A DNA stretch of 54,078 nt, counting the filler, from Jimgerdemannia flammicorona (lineage: Eukaryota): assembly GCA_003990765.1 (NCBI GenBank). It is 3 parts of 3 records of this genome, joined end to end, with 100 filler letters (N's around TTAATTAATTAA, not from the genome) between each part and the next. Parts side by side here need not be neighbours in the genome. Positions count along the whole stretch, not along the records: positions 18,068 to 36,023 come from RBNJ01002348.1; 2 more parts are not named here. The stretch is one strand, 5' to 3'. A model generated the notes under the pieces. That model was not told the origin of the DNA and made no database searches. It worked only from the letters and a program-made list of their open reading frames with translations. Positions within the stretch are counted from its first letter, which is position 1. The number at the start of each line of letters is the position of its first letter. The position numbers and the translations under genes are program-made. Shown here piece by piece: positions 23,701 to 36,123 of this stretch.

Positions 23701-24964
23701 AAAGCAAATTGAGCCGCATGTGCAAACAAGCTGCCGAATAGAACTGTATATGACGCGCAAATCAGCGAAACACCGTAGTAGCCGACGTAGCCCACGCTAT
23801 ACATCGGATGAGGGGCCATCTCGAAAACGCCGTCGAAAGTGAGAGATTGCTCGACCAGGAAGAAGAAGTCGCCCCAGTCTGAAACGCGAAGGGGTCGGAG
23901 GCGTGAGTCGGATGAATCTTGGGGCGTCACCTATCAAACCACATATAAAGGTATACTCACACCACGCGAAATCCTTCACGACACGATGCGCGTCAAGCTT
24001 CACCCATATGTTGAATAGCACGAGGACAATGCCTCCGAACCACCTCAGCGAGTCGGCGAGCGGGAAGGCCGATTGCGGCGCCGTGTTGATCCATGAGAGT
24101 GCGAAGCAGAAGTAAGTTGTGAAGTCGTTCATAAGGATGAGATCGACAAGCTGTCGAAACAGGAGCCAGGTGTTGAATTCAATTGGCTCAGACTGAAGGA
24201 CAAGAACGCATGGTATGAAGGTGTATTAGCTAAAGATCGCGGCATGTCTAAGTCGCGTCATATGGGTCAATTTCTTAAATAATTCTTCACAATGTCGTTC
24301 CAGACATGACAAGATAACAGCGTTCTCTCTTTTCCAATATTCAGCCCATCCGGAATCTCTCTACCATGTTCATCTTCCTTTGATCACGATCACATACCTC
24401 AAAGTGATAGTCAGGCCCCATTTTCACGCTCAATTCCCTCCTTAACCACCTATACACCTTGGGATTCTTCTTCTCGTCGAACCACCCCTTGCGGCGCGCC
24501 AACGCCACCAGGCCTTTCTTCTCGCTCTGCCATTTCAGTAAGTAACCCAAACCGGCATTATAAGCGGAACGCCACACCAAAAAGATGATGAGGAATAGTC
24601 CACGTTTGACGTAGACGGGGAGCAGGAAGAACAGGGATATTTGCAGGAGCATTAACCCCAAGGTGAGGAGGTCAAAGAAGGATTTGGCGGTCCACGGGTC
24701 AAGCAGGGAGGAGACCATGTCGTGAGTTATGGAGACACGGAAGACTGGAGGAGGTACGTGGGTAGGGTTAAGGTTTGCAGGCAACGCGAGAGGAGCTGTC
24801 GGCCTCAGCGTGTTCATAAATATGGCGTCCTAGATTTCATGCCAGATTCCATTTGACGTTCTTTTCGCACCTTTGCCGTCCGGGGTCTTGCCGTAAGAGT
24901 AGGACCCTGAGTTGTCGCCAGAGGGCTGTTCTTCAGGATTGCTGGTTTCCTTTACATCAGCCAT
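20715..24964 (-). CDS. CHO2: Phosphatidylethanolamine N-methyltransferase (multi-exon)
   Basis: [69 protein letters not shown]...[15 protein letters not shown] and [15 protein letters not shown] introns. Confidence 0.96.
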
Positions 24965-25110
24965 GGTAATTGAAGGTATGCCAGTTGAAGGGCAATATGG
25001 AGCTTAAAATATATCGAGTGCCGGTTGAAGGCGAGGTTCCAGGTCTCTACTGCGGGACTGCAGGATGGGTGGGGGAGCGAATTTTGGGGGAAATGATGAG
25101 CACGCTCCAT

Positions 25111-25144
25111 CACGTGTGGTAACACACGCCAACGCACGTGAAAT
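25111..25144. promoter_or_regulatory. Two CACGTG E-boxes in the 234-bp divergent promoter; one is a full ICRE/UAS-INO match
   Basis: CACGTG at 25111 and 25135. GCACGTGAAAT reverse-complements to ATTTCACGTGC, fitting WYTTCAYRTGS. Confidence 0.5.
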
Positions 25145-25198
25145 CCGACAAACTTCGCGTCTTCTGTTGTCTTGTACCCGACTCTCAGCCCCGACGCC

Positions 25199-26020
25199 AT
25201 GGAATCCGAAGAGGCACTGCTGACCTCATACCTCCTGGGGAACCAGCTGCAGGACAACATATCTCTCAAACAGTTTACGTCCTTGTTTCAGGCGCCCTAC
25301 CGCAGCAGCCCCCAAGTGAAGGACCTATATCGTGAGTTCCAGGACCACAGAGACGCCGTCCGTGATGTCGTTCGCAAGAACATTGCCATTGAGCTTGGTA
25401 TTTCCGCCTCCTCGACCTTTGCGCCCGTAAGGCCGCACGGTGCCATGGATACGAGCCTCAACGATGTTGATGTCGAGGTAGGTTTCCGAACCTTCCCGAC
25501 ATGTCCTCAGATACTGGCACTTATAATTACCAATCAATCAATTCTAATTAGAACTCCCCAGAAACCCGGCAACTCAATTTACAGCAATCCATCGACGTTC
25601 TTGTGGAAGTCGAATCACATCTCGCCCAACAGATTGTCTCTATGGAGCGCGAGATCTACGATATATATCTACCAGCTTTTCACAAGTAAACACAACGACA
25701 GATCCAAGTTTGATAAATCATTATCCACTTTAGTCATAAATTTAATGATTTATTCATTTTCTTATCGTGTGTGGTATCAGATTGAACAATGACCTTTCAT
25801 CGATACGAATCGATCCGCCTTCAGCTGCGGGACTACCATCGGTGGTGTCAGATGAACTAAACGTCGAAGTCATTGCGCAATTGAAGGTAAGGTGATTGGT
25901 TTTCCTGTTCAACAAACAAACTGGTAATCGTCATTTTCCCAACAAGTACTGTCTCACTCTATACATCACTGCTTTTAATTGGTACAGGATTTGGTCGACT
26001 TCTGTGACTCCATACAATAA
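25199..26020 (+). CDS. Cnl2/Nkp2-family inner kinetochore protein (4 exons)
   Basis: MESEEALLTSYLL...ISLKQFTSLF...SPQVKDLYREFQ resembles the Cnl2/NKP2 N-terminus. The spliced product ends DLVDFCDSIQ*. Confidence 0.8.
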
Positions 26021-26207
26021 GTTCGGATGGACACCATTAACTATTACTAGCCACGAGCTATAATTATATGAAATGAATATTTTTGGGCGGCGAATTGATG
26101 ATTGGGTAGCATACAGTGACATCATTTTCACGTGCTCGAATGATTGATAGCCAATGAGAGCATTAGCCACAATGTCTACACGTTGCCACCCAGCAGGCGA
26201 GTATATT

Positions 26208-29200
26208 ATGTCTGCCCAAGTTCAGCAACCATTACGTACCATTGATGGCCCCGAAGATGTGAAATCGGTGGAACACGGGGGTTTTCCACCTAAAGGCGCC
26301 GAGGAAGAGGGCAGGAGCGAGGAGGCAGAAGAAGAGGAAGAAGAGGAAGAGGAAGAGGAAGAAATGGAGGGGGAGGAAGAGGACGAGGAAGAGGACGACG
26401 ATGAGGAAGAGGAGCCCAAATTGCGATACCAGCGCGTGGGTGCCGACGTGACTGAGCTATTGAAGAAGGATGCTGCATCGGTGATGACTGTGTCTGATCG
26501 ATTTGTGGTGAGTATTAGATAGAATCGTGACGACAGAACCGTAGACGTGGACAGCAGAGTAACCTTATCTCACACATAGGTTCTGGGCACCCACAATGGC
26601 GCGTTGCACATTCTCGATTTCGAGGGAAATACCATTAAGAAGTTTGTGAAACACTCTGCGACCGTCAACGATGTCTCCATTGACGAGGCTGGAGAGTTCG
26701 TCGCGAGCGCTTCGGACGACGGTAAATAGAAAGATATGTTTCTTCAAAGTCAATCAATCGTTCCGTTCTTACCCGCTCATCAAGCCTTAATACCTTTCCG
26801 CCACTGTAATATTTTCTTAGGCAAAGTCAACATCCATAGTCTCTACGATGCAGAAACCATCACGTTCAACTACCGCCGACCGGTTAAGTGTGTTGCCCTT
26901 GATCCTGGATATAGCCGCAAAAGTACTAAGCAAGTTGTATCAGGTGGGATGGCAGAACAGCTGGTGCTAAACGAAAAAGGTGAGCTTTGATCCCTCCAAG
27001 TTTCCAAGTTCTCCGCTACTCGGGGGGGGTTGGTTGGTTCAAAATAGCGTCATTTGACTACTTAACTTCTTCCCTCCATATGCTACTATCTCCAGGCTGG
27101 CAAGGTGAGCTTTGATCCCTCCAAATTTCCAAGTTCTTTGCTACTCGGGGGGTTGGTTGGTTCAAAATAGCGTCATTTGACTACTTAACTTCTTCCCTCC
27201 ATATGCTACTATCTCCAGGCTGGCTTGGCAATAGAGACACCGTTCTCCATTCCAACGAGGGTCCAATCCGTGCCCTGAAATGGCGTGGCAACTTTATTGC
27301 TTGGGCTAACGACGTCGGCGTCAAAATCCAAGATACTATCGCAAATCAGCGGATAACGTTCATCGACCGGCCTGCAGGAAGTCCGAGAGCAGACTTGTAT
27401 CGGTGCCATTTAGTTTGGCGGAACGACACGACACTTTTGATCGCGTGGGCGGATACTGTGAAAGTCGCAGTTGTGAAGGTGAGATCCAAAGCTTACGTGC
27501 CTTGTGATAGGGTCAATTGAAAAAACTTTGCTAATACTCATAACCTTCATAGGATAAGCCAAGATTAGAACAGCAGTCCAACCTCCCCAATCATTATGTT
27601 GAGATCGTCAGCATGTACGTCTTCTAATTTAGCGAGGGAAGCATGCTTAGCTTACCTTATGGACTAATAACATTATGAACTAATAATACGTTATAATTTT
27701 ATTACACTTAAAATAGGTTCCAGACGGAGTACATCGTATGTGGCATATGTCCCTTCAATGACATGTATATCTTACTAGCATACCTTGTGGATGAATTGGA
27801 AGAGGAGGAGGATACAAATGATCCAAATGATCCAAATGAACAAAAAAGGAAGGTGAGGACGTTCTCGAGTCTCTTTTCTTCTCCGCGGTCTTGCGGCTCA
27901 GTTTGTATATCTTAGGATAGAATACTCTTCACTTCAGCTTGACGTTACTTTGATCACCCCGGTCATGCCGCCTCATTTTATTTCTTCCTTCTTTAGCTTG
28001 CCAAACGCCCCGAACTCCGCATTATCGATTCTTACAACGAAGAAGTCTCCAACGACGTGCTATCCCTGCATGGATATTCGCACTATCAAGCTAGTGATTA
28101 TATGTTCGATTATCTCCCAACGGAGGATATGTTTTACGTCGTGAGTCCGAAAGATTTGGTGGCGGCCAAACCCCGCGATATTGACGACCACATCCAATGG
28201 CTGCTCGAACGAACGCGATATGAGGAGGCATTGCAGGCCGCTCAAGAAGCATTGCCATGGGGTGGCAGCAAGCGATACAACGTAGGAGAGCTTGGTCAGA
28301 AGTATCTGAGTTGGCTGGTCGAAAAGGGTAAGGTTACTACCAGATGTTGGCATCGTCCTGCGATTTATGTTGTTACGGAGAACACATCACACATAAAAGT
28401 TGTATAAAGAGCTGGCATGGAAAAAAAAAAAAAAAAAAAAACCTAGAAACGACATATTCATGCTTTGTTTTCTGCATTTTTCATCCGACTCAATATCTGA
28501 TCAGGTCAATTTGCCAAAGCTGCAGAGACCTGTCCGAAGGTTCTCAACTCCGATGCCCAGCTGTGGGAATCTTGGGTATTTAGATTCGTGGAACTAAGGG
28601 AACTTCAGGTGGGCCTGATCGGAGGAGGATATACCTGCACACACATCATGATTGCTGGAACATACATTCCTGTTAGTCACCTATTAGTTCGATCGAATTG
28701 ACTTTTAATTGTCATTTTAAATATTGTAGGCCATCACGCCGTACATCCCTACCAAGGAACCCCGGCTGAGTAACACAGTTTACGAGATTGTACTGGCGTG
28801 GTTCTTGATGAATGATCACAAGGTAAGCGATGGTCGTGTTATCTATGGGTTTGGTGCTCCGTTGAACCGACACAGAACTGAATATCAGTAAAAATGTGGC
28901 AGACACTACTGACGACGATCAAGACGTGGCCACCGAAGCTTTACGATGTGCAAAATATCATTGTAGCTGTGGAAGATGCCTTGAGCAAAGACAAGGACGA
29001 AGAAATATTGTTGGAATGCCTGGCGGAACTGTATGTATATTTAACCTCGATTACGAGATCTCACTCCGATTGTAACTGCTTTATTCGGCGCATGGAAGAA
29101 CAGATCACCACCAGCCACCATGTTCCTCAATATTTACATTCGAACGCGCGATCTACTTGTTTTATCTCACTACTTGTTTTATCTCAATACAGCTATTTAC

Positions 29201-30461
29201 ACGATCATCAAGTCGCCAAGGCGATCGAATACAACCTCCGTCTGCGACGTCCTAATGTGTTTGATCTGATCCGCACCCACAACATGTTTGCGGCGGTCAA
29301 GGACAAAGCGATGCTGCTTATGGAATTTGATGAGTATTTGCTGAAGAAGGAGCGGGAGAAGGAGAAAGAGACGAAAATCACATCCGAGTTGGAAGAAGAG
29401 AAAGAACAAGACGAGTCGAAAAAAGTGGCGATAGGGGAGAAAGAGTGGAAGTCGGAGAAAGAAATAGAGGCGCAAAAGGAGAAGGAGAGAGAGGCGCAAA
29501 AGGAGAGGGAGAAAGATGCGCGAAGAGCAACGGGGATGCCGGCGGTGCAGTTATTGGCGAAGAATACGGAGGCCATTCTAGTGAGTTCTTGTGTTTTGTG
29601 CTCGTTTTGTTTGACGCCGGTATCTGAAGTTTTTGACTGATGGAAGAGGATTGGCTTGTGGCTGGGTTGAGAATTCGAACCGACTGTCAATTTCATGTTT
29701 TTGCTATCATTTACGCAAAGCCCGACCGCGTTGTTCCACAACTGCGGAGAAACCGCCGTTTCCTTCACACCTATCTTGATGCGTTATTCGATGAGGATCC
29801 GCATCTTGGCCAAGACTTCCATGACTTGCAGGTGTGTATCAAGCCTCCTTCCCCTCATGTGTACAGCTTTTTCGGGTGTGAAATTCATATGAAAGCAAGC
29901 TGATGCAATTCATTTCGTCCCTCGATATAGGTAGAACTGTATGCCGAGTTCGACTATCCGAAATTACAGGAATTCCTGAGGGCAAGCAACTATTATTCAC
30001 TTGAAAAGGTATGGGGACACGTCATCTGACCTTATTGGAGACTACGCACTGTGATCTTAATTGCCCTCGTTTTGACAGATCTGTTGTTCGGTCTACTTTC
30101 TACGAATTGCAGGCATATAAGATTTGTGAGCAACGAGAACTTGTTCCTGAAATGGTCTTCATGTTAGGCCGGATGGGCGACAATAAACGTGCTCTAATGT
30201 TGATCATCGAGAAGCTTCGAGACGTGAAGCGGGTATGTTGGCGGCTGCTCATAGTTTACATATCAGGAGTTGTGCTGTGTACACGGAGTATCAAAACAGG
30301 CTTAATGGTTTTATGCAAATGCATTGACACTGTCAGTTTCTGTATGTTTGACTCCAATTAGGCAATCGAGTTTGCACAGGAGCAGGACGACAATGTTCTT
30401 TGGGATGATTTATTGATGTATTCTAGGGACAAGCCGCGTAAGTCGGCGTCAAATCTTTATT

Positions 30462-30495
<34 letters not shown>

Positions 30496-31511
30496 GTCAA
30501 TGATGCTTGCTCATTAATCCCCTCGATCACAATTGTTTAACGTCATCGGTTGCATTTCTGTAGCGTTCATCAAGGGTCTGCTCGAAAATGTCGGTACGAA
30601 TATCGATCCTATTCGTGTGATAAAAACCGTTCCAGACGATCTGGAGATCCCAGGCCTGAAGCAGTCGTTGATTAAGATTTTGCAGGACTACAATCTACAG
30701 GTACGTTGTCGATTTATGGAACAATAGATTACGGTATACAACAATACGGGGTTTACCCCTTGGCCTATTTTCTAATACAACCACCACCACCATCGATCTA
30801 TTTCAGATGTCCTTGCGAGAAGGATGTCAAAAGATCCTTGTGAGTGACAGCGTGCAATTGGCGGACCGGATGCACCGAAATCAAAAGAGGGGCATATCAT
30901 GTTCGGGTTAGCACGGTTTCGATTCCCTTTTAGTCTGTGAACTTCTTTGCGTGGTTTTATGAACCGAACGTCTAATTCTGGAAGGGCTCGCAATATTCAC
31001 ATTAGATGATATGACTTGTGCGAAATGCCAAAACCCCGTTTTTGATGAAGGTATGTCGAGATATTATTGACCTTTGTGATTTTGTATCACCGTCTTATCC
31101 TTAAAGACCTAATTCCCGTTATGTACGCATAAAACAGAAAACGCAAAAACCACCATCTTGTTCTTTTGCCGGCACATCTTCCACGAGGACTGTTTCTTCG
31201 ATAACAATGTACCCTTGATACCCGAACAATTGACCGCCGCCACCATGTCAGCGAAGGTTAATCATGCAACATTCCTCCGCTCGGCTCGGGTCATGAAGTG
31301 CCCGATTTGCCAGGAACACGACGAGAAAGGGAGTGGATTAATCGGCCGGAAAATGGAGAGGCGGTTGCCAGCGAGAATAGCGTCACCTAGATCTCCTAGT
31401 ATTCGAAGCTTCGGAAGCACGAAGGGTGCGCCCTCGTTCAGCGGTAGTGGAAGGATGGATGTTTTGGATGACGACATACCTCCTATTGTGCCATTGAGGA
31501 TCGATCGGTGA
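26208..31511 (+). CDS. VPS41: HOPS complex subunit Vps41 (multi-exon)
   Basis: Acidic N-terminus then EEPKLRYQR, WD-like region (LGTHNG, ASASDDG, IAWANDVGVKI), VVSPKDLV.AKPRD.DDHIQWL, clathrin-repeat region (EMVFMLGRMG) and a C-terminal RING-H2 (FFCRHIFHEDC...CPIC). An alternative ATG lies at 26172. Confidence 0.96.
26977..27224 (+). repeat. Tandem duplication of an entire VPS41 intron plus 9 exonic nt
   Basis: Introns 26980-27095 and 27105-27218 differ by 3 substitutions and a G-run of 8 versus 6. Confidence 0.95.
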
Positions 31512-32345
31512 GAGATTGTTCGATAGCTATCGATATGAGAAGTCGTGTAATATGGGCTATTGCGTTTGGAACCTATGAAGCGGACGCCATAATTACATGG
31601 TCTCGAACATGGCGATCCTCGTCCGTTTGCAGTGACTACAGAAAACAGTTCAGCAAGTGAGCAACATTAGCAAATAAATTCTTTGAAAAATATTACCGCG
31701 AGAAGCTGGCTGAAGATGCTCATCTGAAAGGAAATTCGGCTCCTTCGGCATCATCGTAATGATGCGACTTCTATTTGAGTACCACACCCTATCCAGTCCC
31801 CCACCATAGATGAAAATGCAAAAAAGGGCGAAATTCTGTATAAAAACTACAGCACCCAGTATCCCCCCACCATAATACTAACTGGAGATCGGTGCATTGC
31901 CGTGTGTATGGCCGTAGTTTGAAAAGAGATCCAGGGCGAGGTTATATGCTTACTGGTTACCATGTAGAAACGAAAACAAATAGCCTAAACAGCCTCGAAT
32001 AAGGCGAAAAGGGCAAACGAGCCTATAACACAACTTTTAAGCGGCCCGCTTTCCACAAAACCAAGCACAGTCGCACAATTATCTATTTAGTGGAGGGTGG
32101 GATTAGACGACAAGATGTCCCAGGGCAATGCATGATAAACCTGAGGTTATTTTGTATTCTATGCTCTTGTTTTCCATTGGCTTCGGTACATAAGGCAAGC
32201 CATTATTCCTATGTAGCAATTTATTTTAAGCTCTGGTGGCTTAGTTATGACCAAAAGAAAGTAGAGTCACGGATGACGTCAGCAGTCTGCTTCAAATATC
32301 TCGAGTTGGCAACATTATCACTTTGAAGCCGCAACTCTACTCAAC

Positions 32346-33835
32346 ATGGTCAACAATAGTGGTCTTAACCTCAAGGACGACATCGCCGAGATATGGACAG
32401 ACACTGCCTATCACGACATAACCATCGTCTGCGCCGATGGCGTCGAACTTGGCGCTTGCCGTGCTGTGCTGGCTGCAAGGTGTGTCACATCATTTCTGAT
32501 CGTGTTTCATTATCTCATACTAACTGCTTTATACGGTCTCAAAGGTGTCCCGTCTTTAAGGCGATGCTGTACGGAAACATGCAAGAGAGCGTCTCCCAGC
32601 GCATCATTCTCCACGATATCACCTCTGCAGTGCTCACTGTCGTCCTTGGATTTATCTATACCGAATCGATCGACGACAACACCATCACCATCGCGGTGGA
32701 CGTCTACCGTGCAGCGAGCTTCCTTCTCCTCCCGAAGCTCATGGTAATGGTGCTGGAGCGTGCCCAAGACATTTCGGACCCTGGCCTCTCCTCGTCCTTA
32801 CTCAACGTGGCCGCCGCCTCCATCCCATGGAGTGATGCCAGCAAGGACCTCTACGCCGTGCTCCTCAAGCCCTTTTATGCTCGCAAGCTCGCCATAGGAG
32901 AGTTGGCCGACCTTTCCGAGGAGGCTATCCACCTGCTCTTCACTGCACCCTACGCGACCACCTTCGTCACTTCCGAATGTGACCTGCTTCTGGGAATCGT
33001 CGACTGGGTCTGGGCGCATGCCGAAGAACCGGGGCCCAACTTTCGGGAACGTCATAATGTCTTGCGCGATGTTGCCAGTATGGCCCCGGGATGCAAGGGA
33101 AAAATTCGTCTGGGAAATGACTCGTTACTGCTGAACATGATGAAGTATATGGACCTCACCCTTGTGTGCCCGCATCGCCTGAAGAACCTCACGGAGGCAA
33201 TCGATGGCCTTGTGGAGACGTCTCCGCACTACATAGCATTTTGTCACCACGCTTGCAAGAATACCGTGTGCCCAACGGGACACCCCTCCGGGTATCGCAG
33301 TAGACAATATCGACAAGATCTTCAATGGGATCAATCGAAAGTCGGTTCACGCGTTATCTTTTCAGACGATTGCAAGGTCGTGAAACTTTCTGCCGGGACG
33401 TCGGCAGCCGAGAGGCGGACGGTTAGGATCTCTGTCCCTGGGACAATGACTCAGGCGGGGGTGTATGAATGGGACATTGTCGTGGAATCCGTTGGGGTGG
33501 ATACGCAGTCTCAGACATTCTGCGATATCGGGTTGGTGGGGGAGAAGTTCACTGGTTACGATTCTTACATGTATAAAAAAGCATCAGCGTGGGTATTTCG
33601 GACTTGGACGGACAATCTTCGGAAGGTATGTGGGCCGGGTGGGGACCGAGACTATGGCGTCGTTCTTCGGAGCGGCGATGTAGTGACTTTACATCTTGAC
33701 AACAACAACCACACTTGCGCCCTTTCCATCAACGGGATAAACCACGGGATTGCATGGACCGACCTTCCGGAGAAAGTGTACCCTGCTGTGACTTTGGGCG
33801 CTCAGGCCAAGTATCGGATAAAAGATTGTCTTTAA
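32346..33835 (+). CDS. BTB/POZ and SPRY/B30.2-like domain protein (intron 32480-32544)
   Basis: HDITIVC...CRAVLAAR|CPVFKAML...FIYT (BTB); GVYEWDI...DIGLV...GDVVTLHLD...INGINHGIAW...VYPAVTL (SPRY). Confidence 0.88.
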
Positions 33836-35863
33836 TTTTCCCCACCTTTCTACTTTGTAAATACAAACCCACTTTATTCATTTCTTATTTGATTGTCATG
33901 TATTGTATGAATCTGCGCGGTTGTATTCTTTCAGGCACCGGCTAGGAAGTGCATTTTTATTTTTACAAAATGATTCTACACCTTATTTAAATTCTCCATT
34001 TGTGTGGCGGGCCTGCAAGCCATCTTTTCCATGACCCTCGCGTCGCAACCTCACTAACAGTCGAAGAGCCGGAGTCATTTTGGATCTGTGGCCTATTTTT
34101 GGAGGTCAATAAAAACCTTGCACTTCTTTTTGTTCTCTTGTTATTTGTAACATAAGCCGTGTTGCGTTTGTCGTTGTTTTCGGTGCTTGACAGGGCCTTT
34201 CGTTTGAGGCTTTCCTAAATTCGAGATGACACAAAAAGTTAACATGCCAAGCCAGGAGGATACCAGGTAATGATGTCCCTCCATGCCTACGACATAGCAT
34301 GAATCGTATGCACCTCAAATTCCAAACACCGTTTCAATTCGTGGCAGGAAATATCAACCACACGTGTAGTAACATGTTCTCTCTTGTGTTCAATGGGCAA
34401 GATAGAACACGCGCATTGCTGACTTCCCATGCATGCCACTACGCGAATTACGGACAACTGAATTCCCTCATCCCATAAGCTCATGCTCGTTAAATCAGTA
34501 TACAGGAAATGGAAAGGAAAAGACTGACCTCACCTTCTCCTGAACAACACTCACTGAATCACCCCATGGCGGCCACACATTTGGCGGCGTTTGCCCCTGG
34601 GATTGGGGGTGGTATGAGAGTCTCCTCGATCTGCATATGTGAGGAGAGAAAAGCATCGAATTTGTTATATTTTGTTATGCATCCACATGACCTGTAAATC
34701 TAGCTGGCTTCTCAACGTGCATAGCATCATCCTCCATGAAATAATCTGTGTAAGTAAGTACATTATGTTTCAATTCAAGATTCAATAAAGCATCACGTTG
34801 GTTACAATTTAATAAAGAAAATGGAGGCGTTTTCTAAGGAAGCATCATTATTATAGGTTTGGAGGTTGGGTGGATTCTTGGAAGTTGAATATCGCAGCTG
34901 TTTCGGTAATGTGTGCACAAGTTAATAAAATCAAGTGGGTACTAGGTACTAGGTAATCTGCCGATTGACACATCCATACAGATGTCAATAACATTGAACG
35001 CGTGCCAAACTAACGCGCAATCTGGTATTGGTAACATTGAACACGTGCCTAACTAACGTTGTAACGTGTAGTCTGATGTCAGTAAAATTGAATGCATACC
35101 TTACCAACGCGAAATCTTATAAGAATCAACTGCAACAGTTACAGCAATGACATAAAGGAGAACCGGTTTCGGCCCTTGCCAAGAGGCCTCATCAGTGGAC
35201 TTGATGGCAGTCCAGACCGGGGTTAGCAAAAAACAAATGAGCGGTATTATGGGGGGGATTTGTGTCCGGCCAATACTCACATAATTCCTTGGCGGCAATG
35301 CCAGTTCATGACATCCATCCCTAGATCCCTTATAAAAGTTGGACTTCCAAAATCATCACAGTACCCATCTAGCGCCACTGAAGACAATGTCCTCACCCAA
35401 CCGGTGTGGGCACGAATCCCTTTTGCATTCCGCGCAGAGAAAGTTGAGCTACCAGTAACGATAAACTGCAACTAGCCAAAGGCGATTTGGTATCCCTGGA
35501 GGCAAAGTCTCCAGCCTTGCCGACGCAAGATACGAAATACTTGGAATCTAGGAAGGATGCCAGTGAACAAGGCTTGTGTACGAGGAAAAAAAATTTTTTT
35601 TTTTATCACCAACCAGTGACATCATAAAAACTCTGATTGGTTTACATTGTGTTGGCCAACAACACACAACACATCCACTAGCCGCTAGCCGCTAGCTGCA
35701 ACAATATATCCACTAGCCGCAACAACACATCCACTAGCTGCAACAACGTTTTTCAACGTTTCTCCACTCATCCACTAGCAGAAAAGCCAAAAAGTATACA
35801 CCGTAAGCAGCAAAAGGTCTACAAGCGGCTCCGACAGCAGCCTTCCCAGCAGGCCTACATTCG

Positions 35864-36023
35864 TTGCCTTCCTTGACGGAGGTTTTCCGCCTCGTGGGAA
35901 ATGGTCACACTGCAATTTGCATCGCATTGGTTTGCAAAGAATGGGCATCGCTCATGCAATTCGTCAGAGATACGACTCCTTATTTCACATTTCAAAACGA
36001 TATCAATTTCGGAACTTTTCTCT
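35864..36023 (+). other. F-box-like coding fragment truncated by the gap
   Basis: LPSLTEVFRLV...IALVCKEWASL. No clear ATG. Confidence 0.35.
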
Positions 36024-36123
36024 NNNNNNNNNNNNNNNNNNNNNNNNNNNNNNNNNNNNNNNNNNNNTTAATTAATTAANNNNNNNNNNNNNNNNNNNNN
36101 NNNNNNNNNNNNNNNNNNNNNNN
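36024..36123. other. Assembly gap with artificial six-frame-stop linker
   Basis: N44-TTAATTAATTAA-N44. Confidence 0.97.

Noticed and set aside
26222..26478. Poly-Ser and poly-Pro minus-strand ORFs
   Set aside because: They are antisense to the acidic N-terminus of VPS41.
34985..35790. Short direct repeats (taacattgaac.cgtgcc twice; acatccactagc four times)
   Set aside because: They are small local duplications with no supporting structure.
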